This document shows positions 15,341 through 29,206 of a stretch of 64,000 bases of DNA, piece by piece. Made by a program: the position numbers and the translations under genes. The number at the start of each line of letters is the position of its first letter. Positions within the stretch are counted from its first letter, which is position 1. Under the pieces are notes generated by a model. The model saw only the letters and a program-made list of their open reading frames with translations. It made no database searches and had not been told where the DNA came from. The stretch spans positions 14,818,001-14,882,000 of the forward strand of contig OZ024749.1 in NCBI GenBank assembly GCA_964016885.1, read 5' to 3'. The DNA comes from Eledone cirrhosa. Its lineage: Eukaryota.

Positions 15341-15680
15341 GGAGGCACATGGCTTAGTGGTTAGAGCATTGGCCTTGCAATTGAAAGGTTGTGAGTTCAA
15401 TTCTCAGACCGGGTGATGTGTTGTTTCCTTGAGCAAGACACTTTATTTCACATTGCTCCAGTTTACTCAGCTGTAGAAATGAGATGATAGGGACTGGGTT
15501 CCCTATCATTCCACTGCAAAGTGGTCGTGGAGGTGCCATGGCAAAAAAGCACCCAGCACTCACTGTAAATGAGGTTGGTGTTAGAAAGGGCATCCAACTG
15601 TAGAAATCAAGCCAGAATCAGTTCCCGTCCCACCCTTGCAAGCAGGGAAAAGCGGACGTAAAATGAAATGATGATGATGA
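15341..15680 (+). mobile_element. tRNA-derived CORE-type SINE with RTE-like 3' tail
   Basis: A box TGGCTTAGTGG, B box GAGTTCAATTC, CORE-like TCCTTGAGCAAGACACTT, tail shared with the RTE 3' UTR ending (ATG)n. Confidence 0.85.
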
Positions 15681-15704
15681 TATATTATATATATATATAT
15701 ATAT

Positions 15705-16225
<521 letters not shown>

Positions 16226-16425
16226 ATATATATTATATATATATATATATTATATTATATTATATATATTATATATATATATACATATATATTATATATA
16301 TATATATATATATATGTGAATGAAGTAATTCTGTCGGAAAGGTCCTTCTTCCTTTTCCAACCTCACTTTCATATAGATTATATTTTTGTTTTTAAAATCC
16401 ACTGTCAATAAATACACCAGGATTT

Positions 16426-16486
16426 TTTCATTCTGATGACTAAAAGCAAATTTTGTTCGCTTTCAAGAAACCACTGGTAAATGAAA
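16426..16486 (+). ncRNA. Type I hammerhead motif with decayed stem II
   Basis: TTTCATT-CTGATGA-[CTAAAAGCAAA(TTTTG)TTCGCTTTCAA]-GAA-ACC(ACT)GGT-A^-AATGAAA: perfect 7-bp stem I, GUA site. Confidence 0.68.
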
Positions 16487-16511
16487 TAATTATCTTATGT
16501 TGTTTATTACA

Positions 16512-16572
<61 letters not shown>

Positions 16573-16990
16573 AGTTATTGTTATAGGTAATCCAATTAGA
16601 GGTTGTGAATACTCTGCGTCATGGATAGTTTTAACGTACGGCTTTGTTTGACTTAACAAGATGCTTCCATAGTTAAGCAGCGAGTTCGCGGGAATTCCTA
16701 TGTAGGTTATACTTGGAGTAATAATAGCGAAAGAATGAATATTCTGAAGATATGGTGAGAGGTAAATAATGTAATGGAGATCGAGTGACGCAACTTCGAG
16801 TGATTAGCGACCTCTAGACTCATCTGATCAATGACACAATTGTTAATACTTGAAATAAAGCCCCTTGTTGTACAGGCAACCATGTTACTCTTCATTCTTT
16901 CACTATATATATATATATATATAAGTCATGTATTTTATAAGATATTGGTAGAGAGCAAAACAAGAACATATTAGTGATCTACTCTTATGG

Positions 16991-19105
16991 ACACCATAAC
17001 ATGGATATGTCTTGTACTTTACAGGACATTGGTGGAGAGGTCAGGGACACCATAACATGGATATGTCTTGTATTTTACAGGACATTGGTAGAGAGGTCAG
17101 GGGCAACATAACATGGATATATCTTGTACTTTACAGGACATTGGTGGAGAGGTCAGGGACACCATAACATGGATATGTAAAAGTACTTTACAGGACATTG
17201 GTGGAGAGGTCAGGGGCAACATAACATGGATATGTCTTGTATTTTACAGGACATTGGTGGAGAGGTCAGGGACAACATAACATGGATATGTCTTGTATTT
17301 TACAGGACATTAGTGGAGGTCAGGGACAACATAACATGGATATGTCTTGTATTTTACAGGACATTGGTGGAGAGGTCAGGGACAACATAACATGGATATA
17401 TCTTTATTTTACAGGACATTGGTGGAGAGGTCAGGGACAACATAACATGGATATGTCTTGTACTTTACAGGACATTGGTGGAGAGGTCAGGGGCAACATA
17501 ACATGGATATGTCTTGTACTTTACAGGACATTGGTGGAGAGGTCAGGGACAACATAACATGGATATATCTTTATTTTACAGGACATTGGTGGAGAGGTCA
17601 GGGACAACATAACATGGATATATCTTTATTTTACAGGACATTGGTGGAGAGGTCAGGGGCAACATAACATGGATATGTCTTGTATTTTACAGGACATTGG
17701 TGGAGAGGTCAGGGGCAACATAACATGGATATGTCTTGTACTTTACAGGACATTGGTGGAGAGGTCAGGGACACCATAACATGGATATGTCTTGTATTTT
17801 ACAGGACATTAGTGGAGAGGTCAGGGACAACATAACATGGATATGTCTTGTATTTTACAGGACATTGGTGGAGAGGTCAGGGGCAACATAACATGGATAT
17901 GTCTTGTACTTTACAGGACATTGGTGGAGAGGTCAGGGACACCATAACATGGATATATCTTGTATTTTACAGGACATTGGTGGAGAGGTCAGGGGCAACA
18001 TAACATGGATATGTCTTGTATTTTACAGGACATTAGTGGAGAGGTCAGGGACACCATAACATGGATATGTCTTGTATTTTACAGGACATTGGTGGAGAGG
18101 TCAGGGGCAACATAACATGGATATGTCTTGTATTTTACAGGACATTAGTGGAGAGGTCAGGGACAACATAACATGGATATGTCTTGTATTTTACAGGACA
18201 TTAGTGGAGAGGTCAGGGACAACATAACATGGATATGTCTTGTATTTTACAGTACATTGGTGGAGAGGTCAGGGGCAACATAACATGGATATGTCTTGTA
18301 TTTTACAGGACATTGGTGGAGAGGTCAGGGACACCATAACATGGATATGTCTTATTTTACAGGACATTAGTGGAGAGGTCAGGGACAACATAACATGGAT
18401 ATGTCGTATTTTACAGGACATTGGTGGAGAGGTCAGGGGCACCATAACATGGATATGTAAAAGTACTTTACAGGACATTGGTGGAGAGGTCAGGGACACC
18501 ATAACATGGATATGTCTTGTATTTTACAGGACATTAGTGGAGAGGTCAGGGACAACATAACATGGATATGTCTTGTATTTTACAGGACATTGGTGGAGAG
18601 GTCAGGGGCAACATAACATGGATATGTCTTGTACTTTACAGGACATTGGTGGAGAGGTCAGGGACAACATAACATGGATATATCTTGTATTTTACAGGAC
18701 ATTGGTGGAGAGGTCAGGGGCAACATAACATGGATATGTCTTGTATTTTACAGGACATTAGTGGAGAGGTCAGGGACACCATAACATGGATATGTCTTGT
18801 ATTTTACAGGACATTAGTGGAGAGGTCAGGGACAACATAACATGGATATGTCTTGTATTTTACAGGACATTGGTGGAGAGGTCAGGGGCAACATAACATG
18901 GATATGTCTTGTATTTTACAGGACATTGGTGGAGAGGTCAGGGACACCATAACATGGATATGTCTTGTATTTTACAGGACATTGGTGGAGAGGTCAGGGG
19001 CAACATAACATGGATATGTCTTGTATTTTACAGGACATTGGTGGAGAGGTCAGGGACACCATAACATGGATATGTCTTGTATTTTACAGGACATTAGTGG
19101 AGAGT
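16991..19105. repeat. 56-bp minisatellite, about 38 copies, derived from an RTE-like ORF end
   Basis: Unit ACACCATAACATGGATATGTCTTGTATTTTACAGGACATTGGTGGAGAGGTCAGGG. Flanks translate as ..RAKQEHISDLLLWTP*HG and FTGH*WRVQQELLSDILLW. Confidence 0.95.
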
Positions 19106-19479
19106 TCAGCAAGAACTCTTGAGCGATATACTCCTATGGATACTATGACATGTTTAATGTATTCTATGTGCAAGCCTTTACCATTATTATTAAGGCGGTG
19201 GATTACCAGTATCGGTAGAATGTCGGACAACATGCTTCACAGCATAGATTTATGGCCCCTTATGTTCTAAGTTCAAACCCCGCTGAGGTTAGCTTTGCCA
19301 TTCATCCTTATGGGATCGATAAATAAAGTAACAGTAATGAACTGAGGGAGATTTAATCAACTTTGCCCTCCCCCAAATTGCTGGCCTTGTGCCTTATTAT
19401 TATTATTATTAATCAGACTAGGTTACTCTGATACCGAGCAGCTAAAATACAACTTGAAGTATAAGGAAAGGGTTACCCA

Positions 19480-21600
19480 CCAGTGTGTGCATGTATGACT
19501 GTGTGTTAGTATGTATGTGCATGTATGACTGAATGAATGTCTGTGTGTAAATGTATGTCTGTGTGTGAATGTGTGTGAATGTGTGAATGTATGTGTGTGT
19601 GAATGTGTGTGAATGTGTGAATGTATGTGTGTGTGAATGTATGTGTGTGTGAATGTGTGTGTGTGTGTGAATGTGTGTGTGTGAATGTGTGTGTGTGTGT
19701 GAATGTGTGTGTGAATGAATGTATGTCTGTGTGTGAATGTGTGAATGTATGTCTGTGTGTGAATGTATGTCTGTGTGTGAATGTGTGTGAATGTGTGAAT
19801 GTATGTCTGTGTGTGAATGTGTGAATGTATGTCTGTGTGTGAATGTGTGAATGTATGTCTATGTGTGAATGTGTGAATGTATGTCTATGTGTGAATGTGT
19901 GAATGTATGTCTGTGTGTGAATGTGTGAATGTATGTGTGTGTGAATGTGAATGTATGTGTGTGTGAATGTGAATGTATGTGTGTGTGAATGTGAATGTAT
20001 GTGTGTGTGAATGTGAATGTATGTGTGTGTGAATGTGTGAATGTATGTGTGTGTGAATGTGAATGTATGTGTGTGTGAATGTGAATGTATGTCTGTGTGT
20101 GAATGTGAATGTATGTGTGTGTGTGTGTGAATGTGAATGTATGTGTGTGTGTGAATGTGAATGTATGTCTGTGTGTGAATGTGAATGTATGTGTGTGTGT
20201 GAATGTATGTCTGTGTGTGAATGTGAATGTATGTGTGTGTGAATGTGAATGTATGTGTGTGTGAATGTGAATGTATGTCTGTGTGTGAATGTGAATGTAT
20301 GTCTGTGTGTGAATGTGAATGTATGTCTGTGTGAATGTGAATGTATGTGTGTGTGTGAATGTGAATGTATGTGTGTGTGTGAATGTGAATGTATGTCTGT
20401 GTGTGAATGTGAATGTATGTGTGTGTGAATGTGAATGTATGTCTGTGTGTGAATGTATGTGTGTGTGTGAATGTGAATGTATGTCTGTGTGTGAATGTGA
20501 ATGTATGTGTGTGTGTGAATGTGAATGTATGTGTGTGTGTGAATGTGAATGTATGTGTGTGTGAATGAGAATGTATGTCTGTGTGTGAATGTGAATGTAT
20601 GTCTGTGTGTGAATGTGAATGTATGTGTGTGTGAATGTGAATGTATGTGTGTGTGAATGTGAATGTATGTCTGTGTGTGAATGTGAATGTATGTGTGTGT
20701 GAATGTGAATGTATGTGTGTGTGAATGTGAATGTATGTGTGTGTGAATGTGAATGTATGTGTGTGTGAATGTGAATGTATGTGTGTGTGAATGTGAATGT
20801 ATGTCTGTGTGTGAATGTGAATGTATGTGTGTGTGAATGTGAATGTATGTGTGTGTGAATGTGAATGTATGTGTGTGTGTGAATGTGAATGTATGTGTGT
20901 GTGTGAATGTGAATGTATGTCTGTGTGTGAATGTGAATGTATGTGTGTGTGTGAATGTGAATGTATGTGTGTGTGTGAATGTGAATGTATGTGTGTGTGT
21001 GAATGTGAATGTATGTCTGTGTGTGAATGTGAATGTATGTGTGTGTGTGAATGTGAATGTATGTCTGTGTGTGAATGTGAATGTATGTGTGTGTGAATGT
21101 GAATGTATGTGTGTGTGAATGTGAATGTATGTGTGTGTGAATGTGAATGTATGTCTGTGTGTGAATGTGAATGTATGTGTGTGTGAATGTGAATGTATGT
21201 GTGTGTGAATGTGAATGTATGTGTGTGTGAATGTGAATGTATGTCTGTGTGTGAATGTGAATGTATGTGTGTGTGAATGTGAATGTATGTGTGTGTGAAT
21301 GTATGTGTGTGTGAATGTGAATGTATGTGTGTGTGAATGTGAATGTATGTCTGTGTGAATGTGAATGTATGTCTGTGTGAATGTGAATGTATGTGTGTGT
21401 GAATGTGAATGTATGTGTGTGTGAATGTATGTGTGTGTGAATGTGAATGTATGTGTGTGTGAATGTGAATGTATGTGTGTGTGAATGTGAATGTATGTGT
21501 GTGTGAATGTGAATGTATGTGTGTGTGAATGTGAATGTATGTGTGTGTGAATGTGAATGTATGTGTGTGTGAATGTGAATGTATGTGTGTGTGAATGAAT
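19480..21600. repeat. Compound GAATGT/(GT)n satellite
   Basis: Units of about 22-24 bp, GAATGTGAATGTATGT(C/G)TGTGTGT. Confidence 0.95.
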
Positions 21601-21720
21601 GCAGAACTAACCAGATGGAAACAAACAACCACCAGCAACAACAACACCAAGTACCTTATCACCAAAGGAATGCCTGTAGTTGTATATAGTGCATGTATGT
21701 ATATATATATATATATATAT

Positions 21721-21754
<34 letters not shown>

Positions 21755-21772
21755 CTGTGTGTATGTATGTAA

Positions 21773-21824
<52 letters not shown>

Positions 21825-21946
21825 TAGTATATGTTGCAACAGTATAGTTAAGCTAGAATAATGAGATGGAGTGAGGAGTTAAGAGAGTTCGTTAGTCATA
21901 GGACAGGAATAGAGAAAATACAGTCAAACTACACACACACACACAC

Positions 21947-22004
<58 letters not shown>

Positions 22005-22407
22005 GAGTATGTATGTGTATATACATATATATATATATGAGTATATATGTGTATATACATATATATATATATATTTATATGAGTATGTATGTGTATATAC
22101 ATATATATATATATATATGAGTATGTATGTGTGTGTGTATATATATATATATATATCCATATACACACACCAATATATACGTAGATGTATATGCGTATGT
22201 TATTGGCTGTAGTGGTTATATAACTGAAAGTAGTAGTAGTTGTGGTTGTTGTTGTGTTGTCACGGAGACATTGAATGCCAATGGTGATGGGTGGGAAGAG
22301 ATTCTCAACTGTCCGATGGATGATTCTGGAATGGTAGGACATATTTCCAACAACAACAACAACAACACAGAAACATACACATACATACATATACAGACAT
22401 ACAGAGG

Positions 22408-22464
<57 letters not shown>

Positions 22465-23494
22465 CCCAGATATATAGACACACATACACATACATATACT
22501 GCACAAACAAATAGAGATAATTGTTTCTACTTTTGGCACAAGGCCAGCAATTACCCAGTGTATTACTGGTACTTTATTTTATCGACCCCGTAAGGATGAA
22601 AGACAAAGTTAACCTCGGCGGGATTTGAACTCAGAATGACAAGGGCCGTAACTCTATGCGTCAAAGCATGGCGTCCGACCCTCTACCGATACTGCCAATC
22701 CAGGAGAACATAGCAACCTCCTTAGTAGTGGTGCCACAATAAATGCACCCAGTACACTCTGTCAAATGGTTGGTGAAATGAAGCACTGTAGGGAAGGGAC
22801 AATTGTTTAATCCTGTAGGAGATATGGTAAGCTTTCTAGTAGTGGTGCTACATTACAGTGCATCAAGTACACTCTGTAAAGTCACTGTCAAATAGAGAGA
22901 ATGTAGAGTAGAAATATCTATTTAATTATGCTGAGAGCATAACAACCTCTATAGTGGTGGTGCTACATTACAGTGCACCAAGTACACTCTGTAAAGTCAC
23001 TGGCAAATAAGAGAGAATGTAGAGTAGAAATACCTCTTTAATTATGCTGAGAGCATAACAACCTCTATAGTGGTGGTGCTACATTACAGTGCACCAAGTA
23101 CACTCTGTAAAGTCACTGGCAAATAAGAGAGGATGTAGAGTAGAAATATCTCTTTAATCTTTAACATGCTAGAAACCTTTATAAATTTCTTCCCTTGACA
23201 CTACATTATACATTAAGGGGAGGTTACTCTATTAGTATCTTATGTCACCTAGAGCGTGTTAAAGATTAATTATGCAGAGAGCATAACAATCTCTGTAGTG
23301 CACCCAGTACACACTGTAAAGTGGTTTGTGTGAGGAAGGGCACCCAGCTGTAGAAACCATGACAGAAATAGAACATATGAAGGAAATGGTATGACTGAAT
23401 TATACTCTACTTTATTTAATAGCTAGTATTGAGTTCTTTCTGTTATTCTTGTCTTATCAATCATTTCACTTTATAGTCTGTGTGTGTTTTTATG

Positions 23495-23549
<55 letters not shown>

Positions 23550-23728
23550 AAAATATAGAGTTATTAACTCATATGATTCTGGTTAAATTATATGTAACAT
23601 TTGTGGTGTAATCTAGACTCGTAATTTTAGACACAGGATTTACTGTGTTTACTTCTACACATTAATATTATATATATGTATATACATACATATATATATA
23701 TATGTATATACATACATATATATATATA

Positions 23729-25691
23729 TCATCATCATCATCAACGTTTAACGTCCGTGTTCCATGCTTGCATGGGTTTGGACGGGGGTATTCCCACTTG
23801 AGGCAAGAGTGATTGTCTTGCTCGCATAGGACTGTCTGGCAGGTTTTCTACAGTTGGATGCCCTTCCTAACACCAACCACATTTACAGTGTGGGGGTCTG
23901 GGAGGTTTTTACCGTGTTGCCTACATCGCCACATTACAGCGTGGACTGTGTGTTTTTTTGTCGTGACACCTACACGATCTCATTTGTTTCGGCCTGGATG
24001 GCGTGGCACCAACATAACTTTACATAGAAGGGGGTGGTGTGGATGGGGTGGGGGTGGTGGGATGGGGCGTATTTTGTTAGAGATGCCTACTGGCTGTAGT
24101 AGGTTTTACTATGTATTTAGGTAAGGTGGATCTTCTCTGTTACTGAGTACCGCCAAAGGTCTCGGTCCAGTGACATTGTCTTGGAGAGGTGTAAGTGTGT
24201 GAGGTCGGAGTTTATCAGCTCGTCCCAGGTTTTTCTAGGTCTGCCTATTCCGTGGCTACCGTCTATCTTTATTGCCCTGCACTTTGTTATACAGCTATCG
24301 ACTTTCATGCGCATCACGTGTCCATACCAACGTACCCTTCTCTCGAGTAAACAACATCTGATCCCTCTTATTTCTAATTTTTTCCTTAGTTCGTTTATGC
24401 TTTGCCGTTCACGTATATTACTGTTACACATCCAGCGGAGCATGCAAGCTTCGTTCCTCTCTAGTCTGCGTATATCCTCTGCACACAATGCCCAGGTCTC
24501 ACTGCCATGCAACATTGCTGTTCGTATGCAGGCATCATACAACCTGCCTTTCATTTTTAGGGAGAACCCTTTAGCAGCTAATAGTGGTATAAGCTCTCTG
24601 AACTTTTTCCATCCAGTTCTGACTCTAGCTACTGTACTTTCAGAGCACCCTCCCCCACTGCTGATTTTGTCACCCAGGTAACGGAAGCTGTCCACTATTT
24701 CTATAGAGCCCTCTGCGCAGTTGTAAGAGCTAGTATTTTGTGGGCACTCGCTGCTACTTATTGCACCAGAGCACCGGCCACATGTAAAATCTATGTTCTT
24801 AGTTAGCTTACCTGCGATCCCACTACATCTTTTATGCACCCATACTTTGCATTTGGGAGATAAAATGGAGTTTCTACCTACGCCTTGCTTACACACTGAG
24901 CATGGCCATTTCCCAGAAGGGACCGCCGCCTTATTTTCTTTCCTACAAACTAGAACTTTAGTCTTAGCCAGGTTAATTTTAAGGCCTTTTGATTCTAGGC
25001 CGTGCTTCCATGTTTGGAATTTCTTCTCTAGCTCGGCCATTGATTCAGTTATGAGTGTCAGGTCTTCTGCGTATAGGAGTTCCCATGGGCAGCCGGTCTT
25101 GAACTCCACTGTTATAGCCTGAAGGGCAATAATAAATAGTAGGGGGCTGAGAACAGAGCCCTGATGGACGCCAACTTTTACGCTAAACTCTTCACTATAT
25201 TCGTTGTTAATTCTAACCTTGCTGACTGTTTCTTTATACATGGCTTGTATAGCTCTCACAAGCCATTCGTCAACACCTAGTTTTCTAAGAGACCACCAGA
25301 TAATGGAACGGGGGACTCTGTCGAAGGCTTTCTCCAAGTCGACAAAAGCTAAGTAGAGGGGTTTACCTTTAGCTAGGTACTTCTCCTGTAGTTGTCGTAC
25401 AATGAAAAGAGCATCTGTGGTACTTTTGCCTGACACAAACCCGAACTGCATTTCATCTAGGTCAATTCTCTCTCTGATTAGTTGCGCTATTACTTTTTCC
25501 GTGACCTTCATGACCTGGTCGATTAGTTTAATGCCTCTATAGTTACTCCTATCTAGGGCATCTCCTTTACCCTTATAACAGTTAACGATGATGCTGCTAT
25601 GCCAGTCCTTCGGAACAACCCCATTCTGTACGACTTGGTTAACTATCCGGGTGACCATGGTGTGTCCCACCGTGCCAGATGCCTTCAGCAT
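23729..25691 (-). mobile_element. 5'-truncated copy of the same RTE family (RT-PHD-3' UTR)
   Basis: Nearly identical to about 50558-52525. YADD changed to YAED and one PHD Cys changed to Ser. Flanked by (TA)n. Confidence 0.93.
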
Positions 25692-25704
25692 ATATATATA
25701 TATA

Positions 25705-26194
25705 TATACTTTGAGAGGGTCATGTTGCCAATAAGAAACACACGCACCAGTTGCTTTCACTTCAATTTATTATAAATTAAATTTATAAATTTCCGGTTGG
25801 TTGGTTGGATCCACAACCAGATGATTGTTCATATATTGTCAAAGTTCTTTCGTCACACATTCTGTGACCTCTTCAGTGACTGGGGATTTTTTGGCGTAGG
25901 ACAGAACAAAGGAGAGGCACAAAAACAAAGAAAAGAATCCCCAGTCACTGAAGAGGTCACAGAATGTGTGACGAAAGAACTTTGACAATATATGAACAAT
26001 CATCTGGTTGTGGATCCAACCAACCGGAAATTTATAAATTCCTAAATTTATAAATTTAATTTATAATAAATTGAAGTGAAAGCAACTGGTGCGTGTGTTT
26101 CTTATTGGCAACATGACCCTCCCAAAGTATAACAATATCGGTTTCAACACACGTTTTCAGATAAAAATCTTGCTAAACAAATTCAGAAACAAAA
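25705..26194. mobile_element. Penelope-like fold-back element with about 185-bp inverted arms, each carrying a hammerhead motif
   Basis: Arms about 25705-25888 and 25936-26131, unique tail to 26194, flanked by (TA)n. Confidence 0.75.
25944..25986 (+). ncRNA. Minimal type I hammerhead ribozyme motif (inverted twin at 25838-25880, minus strand)
   Basis: GTCA-CTGAAGA-G-GTCACA(GAATG)TGTGAC-GAA-AG(AA)CT-T^-TGAC: stem I, core, 6-bp stem II, 2-bp stem III. Confidence 0.72.
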
Positions 26195-26684
26195 TATATA
26201 TATATATATATATGTATATTTGTAATTATGCATTTATATTTGTATGTTCATATATACAGAGAGAGAGTGATATATAGGTGTGTGTGAATGTGTGTGTGTG
26301 TAGCTAACAATATGTATATATATATATGTGTGTGTGTGTGTGCACGGGCCCATGTGTAGAGATGTATGTTGTCCCCTACACACACACTACATCCTGTGAT
26401 GGTAACCTAGAAAAATCAGTAGTCTAGCCATTATACACACACACAAACATATCTATATATACACACACATATATATATACGTACACACACATACATATAC
26501 ATATACATATATATGTATGTATGCACACACACACATACATATATATGTATATACGTACACACACACATATACATACATATATATATATATATGTATGTGT
26601 GTACATACACATACATATATGTACACACACATACATATACATATATATATATATGTATGTGTGTACATACACATACATATATGT

Positions 26685-26737
<53 letters not shown>

Positions 26738-26749
26738 GATTTTCCTGGG

Positions 26750-26829
<80 letters not shown>

Positions 26830-27859
26830 CATACATATACATGTATGTACGTACACACACACATATACATATATATGTGTGTGTGTGTATATAATGGCTA
26901 GACTATGTAGATATATATATATATATATATATGTACACACACACACATATATACATATATACATACATATATATATATTCTAGATTATTTGGCAGTGTTT
27001 GTGTCTAGTTCGATCTAACTGGATGAGAAGATGAAATAACAGAAAATAATCAATTGTATTTCACAGTCAATTTCTCTCATTCTCATTGTTTTGCTGAATA
27101 CTGCTCATTGGGATTCTTTATGCAAAATTACTAGTAATTCCTTCCAGACCAACTTTCCATTAACCCGTTTGATACAAAGCTGCCAGAAACTACCCTTGTT
27201 TCCTGGTCCTAAGATACAGAACTGTCTGTTTTAAAGTGTTTATAGGACCTTTGTTAAGTTATGTTCCAAACACGCCTGGTTCTATAGTACAGAACTGTCT
27301 GTTTTAAAGTGTTTATATTTATCTAAAACCTTTCCAGCATCATTTTATGTAAGAACCTTTGTTAAGTTATGTTCCAAACACCCCTGGTTCTATGGTACAG
27401 AACTGTCTGTTTTAAATTGTTTATATTTATTTTAGAAATCTTCCATAATAATTTTAGGTAAGAACCTTTGTTAAGTTATGTTCCAAACACTTCTGGTTCT
27501 ACGACACAAAACTGTTTTGTTTAAAGTATTTACGTTTATATTTTAAATCTTCCATCATAATTGTATGTAAGAACCTTTGTTGGGTGATGTTCCAAACCCC
27601 AGCTTATCTAAAACCTTCCATTATTGGCAGTACCGGTAGAGGGTCAGACACCATGCCTTGCAACATAGAGTTACGGCCCTTTATGGTCCGAGTTCAAATC
27701 CTGCCGAGGTTAACTTTGCCTTTCATCCTTACAAGGTCGATAAAATAAAGTACCAGTAATACACTGAAATAATTGCTGGCCTTGTGCCAATAGTAGAAAC
27801 AATTATTATTATGTAAGAATCTTTAAGTTATGTTCAAAACAGTTCTGGTTCTACGATAC

Positions 27860-28680
27860 AAAACTGTATCGGAAAAAAAACCTAGAGTTAAAAGGCCAAA
27901 AGAAAAACTTAGCAAAAACAAAAGTCTTAATAAGTAGGAAAGACAGGAAGCTGATATCAGGGAAGTGACCTTGCTTGATGTGTTGAAAAGGGGTGGGTAG
28001 AAATTCCATAAGGTGCACACAATGTAGCTTATGGACATACAAGATATTTAGTGGATTAATAGCAAATTAAGAGAGAAGATAGACTTTGTATGCAGTAGGT
28101 GCACAGGTGAAGTTACCACTAAGACTGCATGTGAAATAAATGCCCTTCTGTTGCTAGGGAGGTTTCTTAGAAGTTGTTGACAGTTCCGGTTACTTAGGTG
28201 ACCTAATCAACAGTGGGGAAAGGATGCTCTGAAAATGTGATAGCCAGGATAAGAACAGTCACAAAATAGGAGGGAGAGGGGCAGTTTTTATATTCCTGTC
28301 ACTGGTTCTGTATTGTGGAGGGGTCAGTCACTCAATTATCCCTGCTTCCAGAGTTGATACCTCTGGTGACAACAAAGGCTTCATTTTCAGAGTCAAAAGA
28401 GTAAACTGTGTGATGCTTGTGTGTGAAATGCTATGCTACATGGCAGTGAGACATGGGCCATGACTGCAGAAGATCTGCAAAAGTCTAGAGAGAAATGAAG
28501 TGAACATGCTCTGATAGATGTGTAATGTTAGTATGCATGAATGATGTAGGGTAAGTGAGCTGAGAGAAAAACTTGGCACTAGAGGAATTGGATGTAATGT
28601 GCAAGAGAGAAGACTGCACTGGTATGGATATGTGATGTTTATAGAAGATGACAGCTGTAGAAAGAAGTGCTGAGTACCAC
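27860..28680 (+). mobile_element. Highly decayed RTE-PHD LINE fragment
   Basis: Remnants of NLAKTK, SGK.PC..C, YLGD, LHGSETW, WYG with many stops. About 100 bp of foreign sequence at 28255-28355. Confidence 0.75.
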
Positions 28681-28739
28681 AAAACTTACGCAACATATAT
28701 ATATAAATCTGAGCGACTTCCGTCTGTGTGTCTTTCCGT

Positions 28740-29105
28740 CACACACTAGAGATGACGGAGGAAAGGAGGGGTGATGACGTCCCACACTAGAGATGACGGA
28801 GGAAAGGAGGGGTGATGACGTCCCACACTAGAGATAACTGAGGAAGGAGGGGTGATGACGTCACACATTAGAGCTAACTGAGGAAGGAGGGGTGATGACG
28901 TCCCACACTAGAGATGATTAAGGAAAGCAGAGGTGATAACTGAGGAAAGAAGGGGTGATGACATCACACATAGAGATGATTGAATGAGGAAGGAGTGATG
29001 ACGTCATACACTAGAGAGGAAGGAAGGGGTGATAACGTCATACACTAGAGAGGAAGGAAGGGGTGATAACGTCATACACTAGAGAGGAAGGAAGGGGTGA
29101 TGACA
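28740..29105. repeat. About 40-bp minisatellite following a Helitron-like 5' motif
   Basis: CACACTAGAGATGACGGAGGAAAGGAGGGGTGATGACGTC units after TATATAAATCTGAG..GTCTGTGTGTC. Confidence 0.75.
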
Positions 29106-29206
29106 AACTACAGAAAACAGTGTCTAACATTCAGTACACTTGTGTGAGTGTAAGTGTATGTGTGTATGTATTTTTGTAAGTGTGTCTGTGTTTGCATACT
29201 TATAAT

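Noticed and set aside
15341-15410. tRNA genes at SINE heads
   Set aside because: A and B boxes are present but there is no complete cloverleaf. They continue into CORE and tail sequence, so they are SINEs.
16991-19105. CRISPR-like regular array
   Set aside because: Pure tandem units with no unique spacers, no cas genes and a eukaryotic context. The same applies to the 60-, 48-, 50- and 45-bp arrays.
19506-21839. 777-aa and 589-aa His/Thr-rich ORFs
   Set aside because: Microsatellite translation.
25692-25760. N-terminus of the 547-aa ORF (MKATGACVSYW...)
   Set aside because: Chance read-through from the fold-back element and (TA)n into a truncated RTE.
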